Positions 36,201-50,954 of a stretch of 64,000 nt of DNA are shown in pieces. Within the stretch, counting starts at the first letter, position 1, and each line of letters starts with the position of its first letter. The notes under the pieces are model-generated. The model had not been told where the DNA came from. It saw nothing but the letters and a program-made list of their open reading frames with translations, and made no database searches. A program made the position numbers and the translations under genes. Source of the DNA: Aplysia californica (Eukaryota); contig NW_004797416.1 of NCBI RefSeq assembly GCF_000002075.1, positions 624,027-688,026 on the forward strand, in the 5' to 3' direction.

Positions 36201-39200
36201 CTGAGGAAGCATGTGGCTTTATTTTGACCTTTGCATGAAGACTTAATTTCAGAGCATAGCCTAGGAAACTCAGAAATGTGTACAGTCGAAACTGTCCAAG
36301 ATGGCAATCCATTATCGAGATGAAAACTGGATGTCTTAGACAGATGGACGTCGTAGAAAGTGTCGTCGTTATATAGAGGAGACACGAGGGGGGGGGGTTG
36401 GAAGTAGCCGTTTGTACAAGAGGTGGTCTTGGACAGGTGGCGGTTAGAGCAGGTTTGACAGTACTTCTCTTTCAGGGCATGGATTACATCACATCTGCAG
36501 TCCAATTTAGTATAGTAGGGATCTTCATGTGACTACAAAGCAGGTTTGGCTTTTCATTAGTAAGTCTAGACATCAGCCGTAGACTTAGAGTGTAAAGATT
36601 TTTTATTCGATTGTAGTCCGCGTATTTTATTTTTTTTTTTGGGGGGGGGGTTCTAGAGGATTCAGTGGTATATTACAAACAATGTTAATTGTTCTAATAG
36701 TGTGTACACCACTGTGTCTCGTGTGATAAGGCCATACACCCTCACCTGTACAAATCCAAAGATACCGCTATTGGCCGTCTCCGATACCAGCCAGAGTCTT
36801 TTGCCACTGTCGGAGGGTTCTGCCTCAAGACGAGCCATCTCTCTTTGTATGTCCTCCAGCCAGGAGCACTCAAGGCCCTCCATGTGGATAAAGGTCGGGT
36901 TGATGGGGATCTTTGGCTTCTTCCTCAGCAAATACATTGTGGACAGCAGGCCGTCCGACTTGCGGTACACGAGGTCAAGGTCACGTTTGGCAAAGTACGA
37001 CTGCCAGGTGCTGTGGTAGAAACAGGATGAACAGAACGCTTTAGACTTTCTTACAATTCTATCAGCTGTTGTCTTTCAATAAGTGGGTGTGTTAATAAAA
37101 TCCTTGAATTTAAAGTTCCACCCAGCAGTTCACATTTTGTTAACCTCACAAGGAACTGGGGGGGGGGGGGGGTGTTATTAAGAAAGAAACCTTTCGTCTC
37201 ATAAGAAAAACCAAACACGTAAATAAACATGCACAGATCTGAGTTATGCTCACCTGTCGGTCATGAAGCGCCCGTACTCTCGAGTGCCGTTGGTGGTGGG
37301 CAGAGTAACGTTCTGGTGTAGACCCTCCAGGGCTACAAAGAGCGGGAAGTTGTGCGTTACTTCTTGCACCAGAATGAACCCACCGGGTACAACATTGTTG
37401 ACCAGATCTGTCAAAGCACTCACCACGTTGGCCTGAAACAGTTAGGAGTCAGGGGTGCATGGTGCTTAGAAAATGCGGTCCAATATTGGGGCAGTTACAA
37501 AAATAGTGCGCTTAAAGGTTGACTGCGGCTGGGGAGGTATAGCCCCTAGCTTACAAGGATGTACATGCATTGTTCAACTGCCAAACCTTGTCTTACTTTG
37601 TAAAAGTTAAGTATCATTATTCTAAAACCTTTCCAAGTCAACAAAGACTTTTTCTAATATATTTATGGACACAACAGAGTTTAGTGTCTACAGCTGATAT
37701 GAACTACACTGAGAATTAACTATGTTGCTTCCATACCATTGTATCAATGTTTCACACTCCAAGCAAGACAAGTTAGAAATTTTATAGTGCTGACAAGGGA
37801 GCAAAATAATTTTATTTTAGCCTGCATCATGTTCAGAGCTTACTGACCTAAACACAATAAGATCACTGATGCTCAGCGGTGAAAAAGACAAATTACTGAA
37901 CATGCACCTCAAGACTTTCCACAAAGGTAACTTACTTGTTTATGCAGTACATTTTTTAGCACCAGCAGATTGGCCTCTACACTGGGGCTGGATCCACCAC
38001 TAGCTGGATCCCACGTGACTGCCTTCATGCCAGGACCTTTGAAATCCTTGGGCAGATCGTCTTTGTCTGTGGCTGTGTAGTTGATGCCACTGCGCACCTG
38101 CAGACGTGGCACAATGTGTCTGTGGGGACATATATATATATATGGCGTCACAATGCGTCCCAAGAATTTCTTTTAATTGAACATAAGAAAAGGTCTACGT
38201 TTATATTTCTATTACTTGATAAGGAACATTGTGCTGTCAATGAGAATTATTGGAAAGATATCGTATGGAAGCACTGAAAGACATGCTCACTAGCTTAAAT
38301 CTTAAAACTAGATTTTTCTGACACATCAAGCTTAAATCAGCTTCTTTCAAGCACACTATTAAATTGTCAGAACTGTTTGAGAGGTCAAACGAGAAAAACA
38401 TTTTTAAAAGTGGTGGATTGGACACAGGTAAAGAATCCGTTAGAAATAGAAACAGAAACGCTCTGAAATGAAACCCCCTTCAATTTGTTATCTCTGGTGG
38501 AGTGTGCACCTGTACATCCTACTGCTGGCTGCGTCCACTTCTAACACGGTGTGTTTGCCGTCAGGAAAGTTGTACTTGACTATTTCCAACGCAGCGTTTA
38601 AGATCTCTGTAGAGCTGAGACTGTCAAGAAGTCGATCTTGACTCAGTTCCGCCCTGCTGGACGCCATAATACCACTCACAGCTGTTATAGAGACGGGAAA
38701 AACAAGTTCAAGAGTGAGGTAAAACAAAAGAGTCTACGTTAAGTTACAATTGAAAGTTATGTCTTTTGATTTACACAGCAAAATTTCAAGAGCATTAGCA
38801 GCATGCATCTTGGTAAACTGCCTCCCACCGGCCTCAAATAGACTACGGTCTCCACCCAAGAAGTTAAAATACCAGTACTTTACTTGTACAACTTTACAAA
38901 TAATAAGTAAACTGAAGAAAGAGAACTTGACAGTATTCCAAACATGAAAACCCGTTCGAGTGTAAGCCTGGACACAGTTGGGGTTTTTTTCCCAAGAAAA
39001 AGAATATATTTGATCCTATAGTTCTTAAACTTCAGTAAAAACTATGGAGCTACTGTTGTATTCCCTGTCCACCATTTCACATAATTAGCCAGAACAAACA
39101 CGCCGAACATAGCAGACAATAAAAAGGTATACCCCTGGGATCTGTGCTTGTGCCGGCCGGAGGGAAAATTTTCTTCAGAGTTTTTGCCAACCCAGAGTTG

Positions 39201-42200
39201 GGAAGTTGACATGCCTTAGTTAGGTCTTCGTCGGAAGATTTAGCTGCCTTGAATCGGAACTCCTTCAGCGCGTCGGCGACAACCTGGGGAAGTGCCGTTT
39301 TCTTTGTAATAGTGTGGCTTTGGCAACAGTTAAAACAAAAATTGGAAATTTGTCCAGGGAATCACAAAATATGAAGCACGTTGATTCGTTTCTAAAGACT
39401 GAATTGAACTGGTTGCCACCTCTCACAGGAGGTAACAGTAACTACTCTAATTACTGGACTATGCAGGTCATAAAGTGTTCCAAGATACTTTGGTTTTTCA
39501 CAGACGTAAGTTCATGTAACTATAAATTTGTCTGCAGGACGTCTGTCACCGACATTTTTTTTTCTTTTATGAAAGTGTTATTCTTTGCTACGAGGAACCA
39601 GAAGTGATTGATCCTTTAAACCAATGGATACTTTTTAACACTGCACAAGATGCGCATATTAGTCATTCTATTTCTCTGAGATAGCTTCAAATAGCTGCAA
39701 TATACAACACCATCCATCCGCCAGGGTTTCCTGTTGCTGTACCTGCTAACATTCAAATAACGCATTCTAACTATCGCGCAACTGTTTCAAATATTGTAAA
39801 CATTTTACTTTGCCAATAACAAGCAAGCATAACGTTCTTGTTCTTATCCTAGCAAGATCAAGCAGCATTTTAGTTATTCCCACAACGGTTGGACCACCGT
39901 CTTAATCAAAATACTGCAAATAAAAAATCTAGCTATCACTTTAAAAGGGTGTGTTCTGGTTGCTGTTTCAGAACTAGGAGAGTTTTTAAAAATGGTTCAA
40001 AAGTCGCCTTTTACTCCTTAGTTAAGAAAAACAAGATTAGATAATTAAGCACATAACAATAACAATATTCTGATATTACAACAATCTGTAAAACCAAAGC
40101 CCATGTCTCCTTCGTGGATAGACATTTTTCAAAACTTACACCACAGACCTAAATTGCTTACAATCGGCAATTCTAAATAAAAACCCACAAAAAACAACCT
40201 CGAATTCCAAAGAAATAAAGATCAAAATGAGAATTGCTCTCCCTCCAAATCAGCCTCACTCAACCTTTGCGGAAGTAATAGACAGTGAAAGGGAAAAAAT
40301 GTATAGGACTGAAACCCACGAAGTTTTAAAAATTAGCAGATCATGCAGAAACAACTAACATCTTTGTTGTCAGAGAGCAGTGGGAAATTGCCGCCCTTGA
40401 GTGCCTCGTCCAGCCCTTTCACTGTGTACTGTAGACAGTCGGTGGCGTACTGGCGCAGAGTCTCGTCTGTGGCTTCTGGGACATTGGCAATGTAAGGTAC
40501 AAACCTGCAAGGGAAGTAGGTAGTGTGTGTGTGTGTGGGGGGGGGGGGGAATTAATAATAATAATCATAATAATAATAATAGATAGCATTTTTATAGCGC
40601 ATATCCCCACTCAACAGCAGGCTCTATGCGCTTTACACTATATTATTACCCCAGCAGACCATAGAACACTCCGAAACATTCTCAGCTTCCCGGGAAGCAT
40701 ACAGTGCAAGCAGCCGATTAAGCGCTCAAACACTAACAAACTGACAAGACCTTTCGCCGTCTATAGCCGGGTACCTATTCCCACCTGGGTGAAGTGAGGA
40801 AAATTCGTGTTAAGTGCCTTTCCCAAGGACACAACGTCGGGTCCCTGACGGGATTCGAACCCACGACCTTACGGTTGCGAGTCCGAGAGCCTAACCACTA
40901 GGCCACCGACGCCACAATTAAGATATTAAATCCGTGTAAAAGAAGGTGATTTGTCAATGTAAAGAACTGGGATATTCGTAATGTTGGGTACAAACTTGCA
41001 GGGGGGAAGAGGTTGGGGGGGTGTAACAAAGAGATTACAGAGTAAATAAAGGTGATTCGCCAATGTAAAAGAAAAATGGTAAGAGTCAGTGGGTGAAGTA
41101 ATGACAAGTGTGTAACTAAAGAGACGTTGGCTTGTGGGGGCCAGTCTTTCAGTTTTTAAACCGCATTGGTCCAATTAGCTGTGTCGTTATCTCTGGACAT
41201 TTGAATATAGAAAATGTACGACACAAACAGTTTTTACTGCAATGAAACAACAGTGCCTACTGCCACACTCATCTCTGCAGGTATACGCATTATTCCGGAG
41301 GCAAAAATTACGATAAACAAAAAAGCTTTTTGATTTGCCTTCAACCTTTGACCAAGGGTGTGGGCTCTGAAATGGTCTCGTTATCATGGCTTGATTAAAT
41401 GTGCAATCAAAATATTGCCTTAAAAACGTCTGTGTTAGTACAGTAGCCATATGCCTGGCCATGTCTTTTTCATCCCAAAAAACATAAACAAATTGTATGA
41501 ACTAAAACGACAGTCATTCCCCAACAATGTTTAGAATCACAGCTTCCCTGTTTCACCGCTGACATGAACTCAATTTAACCCCCGAGGTCATCATTTGCCT
41601 CGACATAACAATAAATTAGTTTCCAGGGTCATAACTGATAACTTAACTATTCCTCAGGTGATTACTGGTGCCTGCCCTTTTATCTCCTCTATGATGGCAA
41701 AACATTAGCAGCTGGTCCCTTGCTGAATTGTCAACCACCATTATCAAAAACTGTATTTTATTCACCCAAAATGTTTGACGTGCAGTCGAAACAGTCTGAG
41801 ACGGCCCCTATTGTTTAGGAGAAAATTAGCCGCGTTAGACAGGTGAAAGTCTTATACAGTGTTATTTTTGTGTTTAAAAAACCACTAGGAAGGAAGTAGC
41901 TGTTTGTATAGGTGATTGTCAGGTGGCCATTTGGGCAGGTACGACTGTAGAATATTTGAAATTAAAAGTAGGCTGCAAAAAAAAGAACTTTGTTGCATTC
42001 TAAAAACATAACGTCACCGGTTTGGTTGTGAAACTCTCCTCCAACATCACTCCAGAAATCATATCATCATTTCTCCTGGTGAACCCTGACACGGCTGCTT
42101 CCTCGAGTAACAACCAACGAATATCTTACCTGATCTCCTCCAGAAGTGGATCCCCTGATGGGTTAGGTTGTGTGTCCACCAGGCCAAATCCGATAAACTT

Positions 42201-45200
42201 GAACACCTCGCTGGTGGCGTAGTCCATGGCTTGGTCATAGCGCATCTGGGACACTGGAACCAACAGTAAGCATTTAGACAACGCACACTGGTACTCGCTG
42301 AGGTTGTGGTTCGGAACCGTTAGCGCTGGTTTGCAACACAAGAAAACTGTTTTGTAATATTCAGTAATAACACCCCCCCCCCCCCAAATCATTGCAACCA
42401 TCCAAACTATTTCTTAGCCTTATCGTGTAAATGTTTCTTTTTATCACTAAATCTGTTGTCTTTCTTATATTTTCAACAGTCACCCGTCTGTCTTACTACG
42501 TCCATCGTTCTTTCCGTCTCCTCTTCGCCTCTTATTCCCGCCGATGTCCTCTTCCCATTGCCACAACTGCTCTTCAATGTTTCTGGATCANNNNNNNNNN
42601 NNNNNNNNNNNNNNNNNNNNNNNNNNNNNNNNNNNNNNNNNNNNNNNNNNNNNNNNNNNNNNNNNNNNNNNNNNNNNNNNNNNNNNNNNNNNNNNNNNNN
42701 NNNNNNNNNNNNNNNNNNNNNNNNNNNNNNNNTTTTTCCTTGTCCTCCCTGCGCACCTTATCTTCTCATTATTACAATCCTTCCTTTTCACAGCTTACAA
42801 CAACCCCTTTCGCATCTGACATCCCTTCCCTCCATCATAACTCCTCCCTTTCACACCGTTCAACATCCCTTCCCTCAATAACGGCTCCCTCTTACAGCTT
42901 CCAACATTCCTTCCCTCCACAACTACTCCCTTTCAAAACTCTCAATCCCTTCCTCCATAGCTCCTCCTCCCTTAACCCAAGTCCTATAACAAATTTTTGT
43001 TGATGCATATTCACTTTTTATGATTTTTGCTATGTCAAAATCTCAACNNNNNNNNNNNNNNNNNNNNNNNNNNNNNNNNNNNNNNNNNNNNNNNNNNNNN
43101 NNNNNNNNNNNNNNNNNNNNNNNNNNNNNNNNNNNNNNNNNNNNNNNNNNNNNNNNNNNNNNNNNNNNNNNNNNNNNNNNNNNNNNNNNNNNNNNNNNNN
43201 NNNNNNNNNNNNNNNNNNNNNNNNNNNTTCTCACAACACAGTAGTCAGGTTCCATTATATCACCTGGTGTCTCCACTCCAGCGTGCTGCTGCTCTATGAT
43301 GTGACCTGCGTCCAGGTAGACAGCATCGAAGGAAGAGGGCGCCAGGTGGCTGTCTGCCTTCAGGATGTAGACGGCTGCTTGCAGGAAACAGTCCAGAAAG
43401 GCAATCCACTGACCTTTGTAGTCAATGTTGACCACTGAGGATGAAAACAGGACATAGGGAAGGAGAGAAACGGTTATATGGGAGGGTGAAATTATGGATG
43501 AATGAAAAATGTGTTGGGCAAAGAAGAGTTTAATGATAGAATTTGCATTACCCACACACAAAAATGAGAATTCATTTCTGCATGTCTGTTTGTCTGTCAG
43601 AGTTGATGTCTAGGAGTAAGTTTCAACAGTAGGTCTCGTATGTCTGTGTAGGAATACCTGGATACTTGGAGGTGTCATCTCTGGCTCAGAGGTTAACGTG
43701 CAATGACCCATCATTGCTTACGGTCGCTATCTGTCGTTATACACTTTGCCATACATAAGCCAGTCCATACCTTTATGCTATCGGTCAACATTGCTCATTG
43801 TCCACCATTAGCCCTTTTGTCCTACATCTTGTCTTCTAGAATTTCCTTCATAGCAATCTGGGGGCGTTTTATATGATCAAAGTATTGTATTTTTCTGGGG
43901 GGGGGGGGGGGGGTTCATTTTGATAAACAGGATTTGTCATGCAGGGGTATAATATTATTATTATTATGTCTGTTTATGTGAGCGTCTGACCATGTCTATC
44001 CGTGAATAGTTTTATTTCGGCTCTTATGTCCATTGCAAAGATCAAACACAATTTGTTTCTGTACATATTTGTCAGTTTGAACACTTTAACCCAGTAATAT
44101 TTGCCTCTTCGTGAATATGCTAGTGCGAGTTCCCAGCCCTGTCTGTCAGTCCGTCTGTGTGCATGCCTATGTCTACGCCTCACCCTGTCTATCTGTGCTA
44201 GCGATGCCACGGAAAGGACCAGCATAGTCCAGTCCTCGGTGCAACAGAGTCAAGTAGATCTCATCTCGAGTCTGAAGAAAGTCGGGCTTCTTGTCGTTGC
44301 GCTTCGATTTCTGAAACAAGTGTGAAAACGGCGTTGAAACTGTTATAGGGCTGAGATGAGCAAAAGAAAGGATGTATGAACAGTAGCCACGTGCTGTTTA
44401 ACCATTCTGTAAAGTAACAGACCCTCGGCGACATTTTGGAGAGAGCAACGGAGCATCAATGGACATGTCCGGAATGCAGGGATGTTGCTTCCTGAAACAA
44501 TGAACAATGAACAATAAAGAATGTAAATTAAAAGCCATCCAAATGAGAGTTCCAGTATCTCAATGGGAAAGGCTGGCAAGTGGGAGACAACGAGTGCACG
44601 AACAGCCTGTATGTACACAACCTGAATCTTAATGTGTGCGGGCATAATTCTATATACAATGATTTCCAGTGTATAAGCACAGCAAAATACAATGTTTCAT
44701 TGTGAAAGGACAGTATGTTACGAGAGCAGTGTTTACCTTGTCTGTGGTGTAGCAGTAAGGTGATTCGCTGCAGTCTGCAGGAGACATGAGTTCGATTCCC
44801 GAATGGCGAGCTAATCTTTATTGAGTATCTCAGGGTTTTTTTTCTGGGGTGTTGTATCCCTCTCAGCCCAGGTTGGTGAAGACAGGCAGCGTCGGAAGCC
44901 TGCCTCCTACATGTTGTAACTTGTGTTGATGTTGGCGTAAAATCACCTACATTTAAAAATGTATGCCTGTGACAACCTGACTCTTAGTGTGAGGGGATAT
45001 TTTTACAAATTTCAAACATGAGGATTTTAGGGAGTAATCACAGATGTTGCAGTGTGTCAGTGTGAGAGAGCATTATATTACAGAGTGTTTCGGTGCGTGA
45101 GCACAGCATGGAGTAGACTGAGGACACATAAACATAAACATACAGACTCACAATTTTCTCGTCCAGCTCCTTCATCTCATTCTTGATCTTGGGTGCCTCA

Positions 45201-48200
45201 GAAGCTAGACAGATTTTGCCGTTGGCAACCAGCTCGTTGTTCTCTGTCACCTCAAACTCCCCAGTGCGTAGCAGACGACACGTGAAAGTCAGTTTACCTT
45301 AAGGATAGGACACGAACGTTTTCAGCATTGTCCTCAACAGAGACATCATCATTGTCCTTATATACAACACTAGCAATAGCCACAACTGTAAATTCTGCAG
45401 TTGCTACATGTGTTTCCATCACAAATACAGCTCTTCTGCGTTGGGGGGGGGGGGGTCAGTTTACTGGACATAATAGGTATGTATTTTTAAGGTAGAAAAC
45501 AAAGTCCTTCGACTAGACCACGAACTAAAGGGAATATATACAACAAAAGATTACATTGATTCAGACTTGATTATTAAACATTCACACGTCATTCGAATTC
45601 AAAATCTGCAGCTACAGAATGGTCGGAACCACCTGAACTAGAGACATCTGTCATGTACGTGCAACAAAATAAATGCTATGTCGCTACTTCAGAATTACAA
45701 AGTTCTGTCTGACATTTTGGCCGTTTTGAGTTGCTAAGACAATGAGATCAAAAACCGAATATTCTACCTGCTCTATCAAAAATCGTAAAATTATCCGGAG
45801 TCGTTATCTGGTTATTCAGATAATTGCATTTGAAAGTGCTAAACATAATATGAAACTCAAAATTCATGACGTCAAATTTATCCTAGTTATGTACTGAGCA
45901 GATAGCATCTGACAATTCCGAGGTAGCGATGTATAAATAACATGAATAAATATAAAATGTTGCACACACCTGAAAGACATATAGTGATCCCTTAAGTTGC
46001 ATTTGTGCACTCAAAACAAACGATTACAGGGGAAGGATACAACAAAGACCTCCATGAGAAAGTTAAAATACCACTTGACTTTGACAGAAATGTTCGTGAA
46101 CAGATAAGTACATACATGTATTATACCTAAATATAACGTCTGAGTTTAAGGTACGTTTACTTCTTAAACCAAAATTAAGAAAACTGGGACATAAATGTAT
46201 ATATTTATTGCTATGTTTGATTTTGTTCAGGTATGCACGCCAATTTTTACTTTCACAACAACAAATATATGACTTCCATTTTTCCTGTGTCTGCAGCTTG
46301 ACATGTCAGGGGTCGCAACCTTTAAATCTGTTCCTCCCATAACACTTTACTCTTTGAAAAAACGGGGAAAAACTCACATTTGAAATAGTGAAGAGCACCA
46401 CAACGTATGCTCACATCGAAGTTGTTCTATACATAGGAAGATCATCGCGTAAAACATTAAAATAATTAGGTCAAGAAGTCCTAATTCGGACAACAATCCA
46501 TTCGTCATAACAGGCATCAAACATGGCTAGTGCATTGCTTAAAACCTTAACGGAAACCCTTACAAATGACATTACAAACTACGCTTATAAATAGCATCAT
46601 AAAATTACCATCCTCGGGCAGCATGGTGGCCCTGATAATGGATACATTCTCTAAGACGACTGGGAGTTTGTCGAACCTGGACCCATACTGCGCAGCCAGA
46701 GCCTCCCAGGCAATGAAGAGATAGCCAGTTCCAGGGAACAGTTTCACACCGTTCAGCTGGAAGGAGATGAAAATGGCAATCTATATATAACCAACCGGGA
46801 GAGATTTACCTTTGAAAGGGGTGTTAAACCTACACCATTTCATATTCGTTCATCCAAAAGTGCAAAAGAAGCTCCATAAAACGAAATATGCAGAGTGCCA
46901 AGTCCCAATATTGCAGAAATATACATAATATATGAAAGGAAAATGGAATTAGATGTGCTCCTTTCGGTTTTGGGGAGTGAATGAAATTTTTACAACTGAC
47001 CTGAGCGTTTTGACTCAGAATGTTTTTCCAACAAAGAGAAATTGTTTCTAGACAAACACAAAATAGAATGACCCTACCTCTATAGGACCACACATGTGCC
47101 TTCATGTAGTTTAGTAAACTCAAAACCAAAGAATACCTTAGACAGGGTAATGTGTATATGAACAGACAAGGACTTGAAAGGATTCGTGCTCTTAAACACA
47201 GGCTATGATGAAAACAATGGTAGGTCAGCAAAAATATAGTTGGTATTAAAAAGCAAACTATCAAATTAAGATTGCACTTGGGCATTTGAATGTCCGTGTG
47301 ATAGCCTAGCTTGACTTCCAGACCATGTACATTTATACATTGTGATATCATGCATCAGTTATACTGAACTTTATTTATTTAAGAGGGGGGGGGGGCGTAA
47401 TGTGACCTCACCTGATGGCCAAAAATGTAAGTGGCATTCCCGTTCTCTGAAAAGTCAAATGAGACCTCAAAAGCATCGCTGCTAGTTCCAGATATGTCGT
47501 CAATATGTGGAATCCTGTGGAAAGGAAGGGGGGGCGGATTTCAGAGTTGGTTTAACAACATCAAAGTCATTAGAAGACTTTTTCGGTCATGTCTAGCTCG
47601 TGACATGCACATGTATATAACATATTGATTAGAGAGTTTAAAAACTAGGTAACAAGTGTAACCTGAACACCTCCATGTGAGTCCATTGTTTTGTCTCCTG
47701 TGTGTTGCACTATGTGTCATCTGAACATCTTCATGTGATGCCACAGTGTGTTGTGTTCTGCGCTGTGTGTTATTCTGTGTGTTGTGCTATTTGTTACCTA
47801 AATTCTCCATGTGATTCCACTCTGCTGAGTGCATTGTGTTATGCTGTGTGTTGTATGTTGTGTAGTGTGTTGTGCTGTGTGTTACCTGAGCACCTCCATG
47901 TGACTCCACTGTGCTGTGTGCAGTGTGTTATGCTGTGTGTTGTGCTGTGTGTTGAATGTGTTGTATTGTGTAATACCTGAACACCTCCGTGTGACTCCAC
48001 TGTTGGGCAATAAGTGGAGAGATGAGCGGGGTCTTTGGGGGCACTGGGAACTTCACTTCTGGGAAGATACTTAAGGGCCGCATGTCACAACCGTTGATGT
48101 ACATGCTGAAAGAAGAATATTAAGTGGTTGTTACTGGTAATGTTATTGTACTTTATGTATGACAGAATACATAAAGGTTGGAATATCCAGGAGTTTACAG

Positions 48201-50870
48201 TGTCATCATATTTGGACGATACTTTAATCAATCTTTAAGTATATGGAATTTAGATATTATTCTCGAAAAAGGAGTACATTTGGACTAGTATCTTATATTG
48301 TAATTCATGTGTAAAAGTCGGCTCCGCCGACCTACGGAGTCATAAACTGGTACATCCCAGGACATCTGCCATAAATTCTGTTCATTTCCATTTATCCTGA
48401 GAATAAGTGAGAATCTCAGTAGAAATTCCATTTGTCATATTCAAGGGTGTTTCAACGCCATACTTACAACTTTTCAATAGCTTCCACGTGTACTCAAATT
48501 GTGCTAATACTACATTTGGCATACAAAGAGGGAAAAGGTAGTTGCGCACACTTCATTTTCCATACTGAGGTGAATGCTGCTACAATACGTGACTCACTTG
48601 CCAAGGTTCTCAAAGCAGTACATCGCATTATCCGGGTGGTTCTTTTTCATCAGCGACGCATACACACTAGTTGGTCCAAAGCTACGTTTGAGAAGAGACT
48701 GCAGCAAGCCGTGTGGGGCAATTTCAACAACTAAGGAGTCCTTTGGCAGCTATGGAGTGATAAGGTGANNNNNNNNNNNNNNNNNNNNNNNNNNNNNNNN
48801 NNNNNNNNNNNNNNNNNNNNNNNNNNNNNNNNNNNNNNNNNNNNNNNNNNNNNNNNNNNNNNNNNNNNNNNNNNNNNNNNNNNNNNNNNNNNNNNNNNNN
48901 NNNNNNNNNNNNNNNNNNNNNNNNNNNNNNNNNNNNNNNAGAAGGTAGCACTCTGTATATCAAATTGCCACTACACCTAGAGGTATAAGTAATAAAATTA
49001 TAGGGGCTGTCCTCGGTGTTTCAACGCACTATCATGGAATTAAGAGGAATTAATAAGTGTCGAAATCTTCTCAAGCGGCTAACGCAATTGCACTGAATAA
49101 TATCCACAGGAAGGAAACACCCCACCTCATCAGTAGGCATGGATGTAAACGCATGTGCCATGTTCCGATCTACAATACTTATACCCACACTATGCAAAAA
49201 GAAATGCTAAAATCATGGATGATCTCACATTCACAGCACAAAAAGAGCAAAGGCACTTTGAAATTTCAATTACCCACTACTGCATGCGGCGTCTGTCCCT
49301 TTCTGCCCAATGCCTATGCCCCCACCATCACTAAGTGCCGGCCAACTCTTAGGCCTACTTATTGCACCGGCATGATATGTAGTTTGGTAGTTCAGCTCTT
49401 TGCTGCTGCACCCAGAAAACTTGAGTTCAATTCCCGTATGGGTAGGATTTTTACTGGTGTTATTACTGATACATTATATCCCTCTCACTCCAGGGTCGAA
49501 GCCAGGCTTCTAAATTACCAAACTGTGTAGATGGTGGCGTAAAACACCTAGATTAAAAAAGCTAATAAAATGTGTTTACCGATTGTGCAATGTCATGGAA
49601 GTTCACCCCATTGCAGTAGTTGTAGGTGTAGTACTCGATGCCCCCGTGTTTGGCATCCTCCTTGCCCCAGTCACTGCGAGGGTAACAGGAGCTCAGCCAT
49701 TTGGGAGACCTCAACTTGTTGGACAGTTTCTGGAAGGCAACACGGGGTGAGAAGCAAACATTGAGCTTTGTCAGACACGTGAAGTATTGAATAATATTGT
49801 TTTTCTTCTGTAAGTAACAATTTCGACAGTCTTAAAGAGTTCCTATAATAGTTGAGTCCTCTTTACTAAAGTCGTTATGGCCAATCTTGAAAGTTCACGT
49901 TGAAAATTGTATGAAGCCCTGAGAAGATCAGCAACACTAGCAAAACCATCATTGTCGTCAACTACAGGAGGATGGGGAAGAAGAAGAGTTGCTATAAGAA
50001 GAGGTAGAAGGGGGGGGGGAATGAGGATGGGAAAAAAAGGATGAAAAAGAGGGAGGGGAGAAACAACACCATCGCCGTTTTCACCAACTGCAGGACTATT
50101 ATCATTATTATTATTATTATTGTTCTTCTTCTTCTTGTTGTTGAAATTATTTTCATTATTGTTATCCTAATTATTGTTTGTGTATGACATACATTGTGTA
50201 AAAGTCTCCTCAGCTCTCCCTCAGACTTGCGGATGAGTCTGCTGTGGAAGGCAGTGCCGAGTGAATCGACCTCTTTCGCAAAGATGTTTCTACTCTCAAG
50301 TTGTGCAACGAATGCGTCAATAGCACCTGAAGGGCCACTAACGGTCACAGAGTCCTCAGCGTTGTGGCAGGCAATGTCAATCTCAGGGGGCACGATCTTC
50401 TTCAGCTCTTCCAAAGTCATGCCTGAAACAAGAAAAAAAGTGTTGTTGAAATTCTGGTTATTTGAAAGCCACACCGGCGTCTGTTGTTAAGCCGTCAGGC
50501 GCTTTGCTGAAGAGACCTGAGTTTGAGTGCCGTGTGGGGAGGATTTTTATCGAGTGTCTCTCTAATGCTGGGACGTTGTATTCTTATAGGTCCGGGTAGC
50601 CGTGACAGATGAATTATCTAAGTTATGTCATTTAGGGCGTAAATACATTTTCCTGTTTAAGGCCATCACCGCTCGTGAAAATATAAAGCACACAGTATGA
50701 TAGTAAGAATTTACACAAATATAGCTAAAAACGCTAGACCGAATATGATCAGAAACCTACATTTTAAAAAAACCTGTAATGGAACTCCCAACTAGTTTAT
50801 AGAAAGCACAAACCTCAACTCATTTTTCATTATTGAATTTGATATTTCTTATGAAGATTTTGTTAAAATA

Positions 50871-50954
<84 letters not shown>

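Noticed and set aside
44402-44491. Possible extra DH cassette exon (tttcag|GAAGC...)
   Set aside because: Stop codon in the required phase 0, and the flanking exons join in frame without it.
47655-48003. CRISPR-like repeat-spacer look
   Set aside because: Eukaryotic intron, degenerate repeats derived from the adjacent exon, low-complexity spacers and no cas genes.
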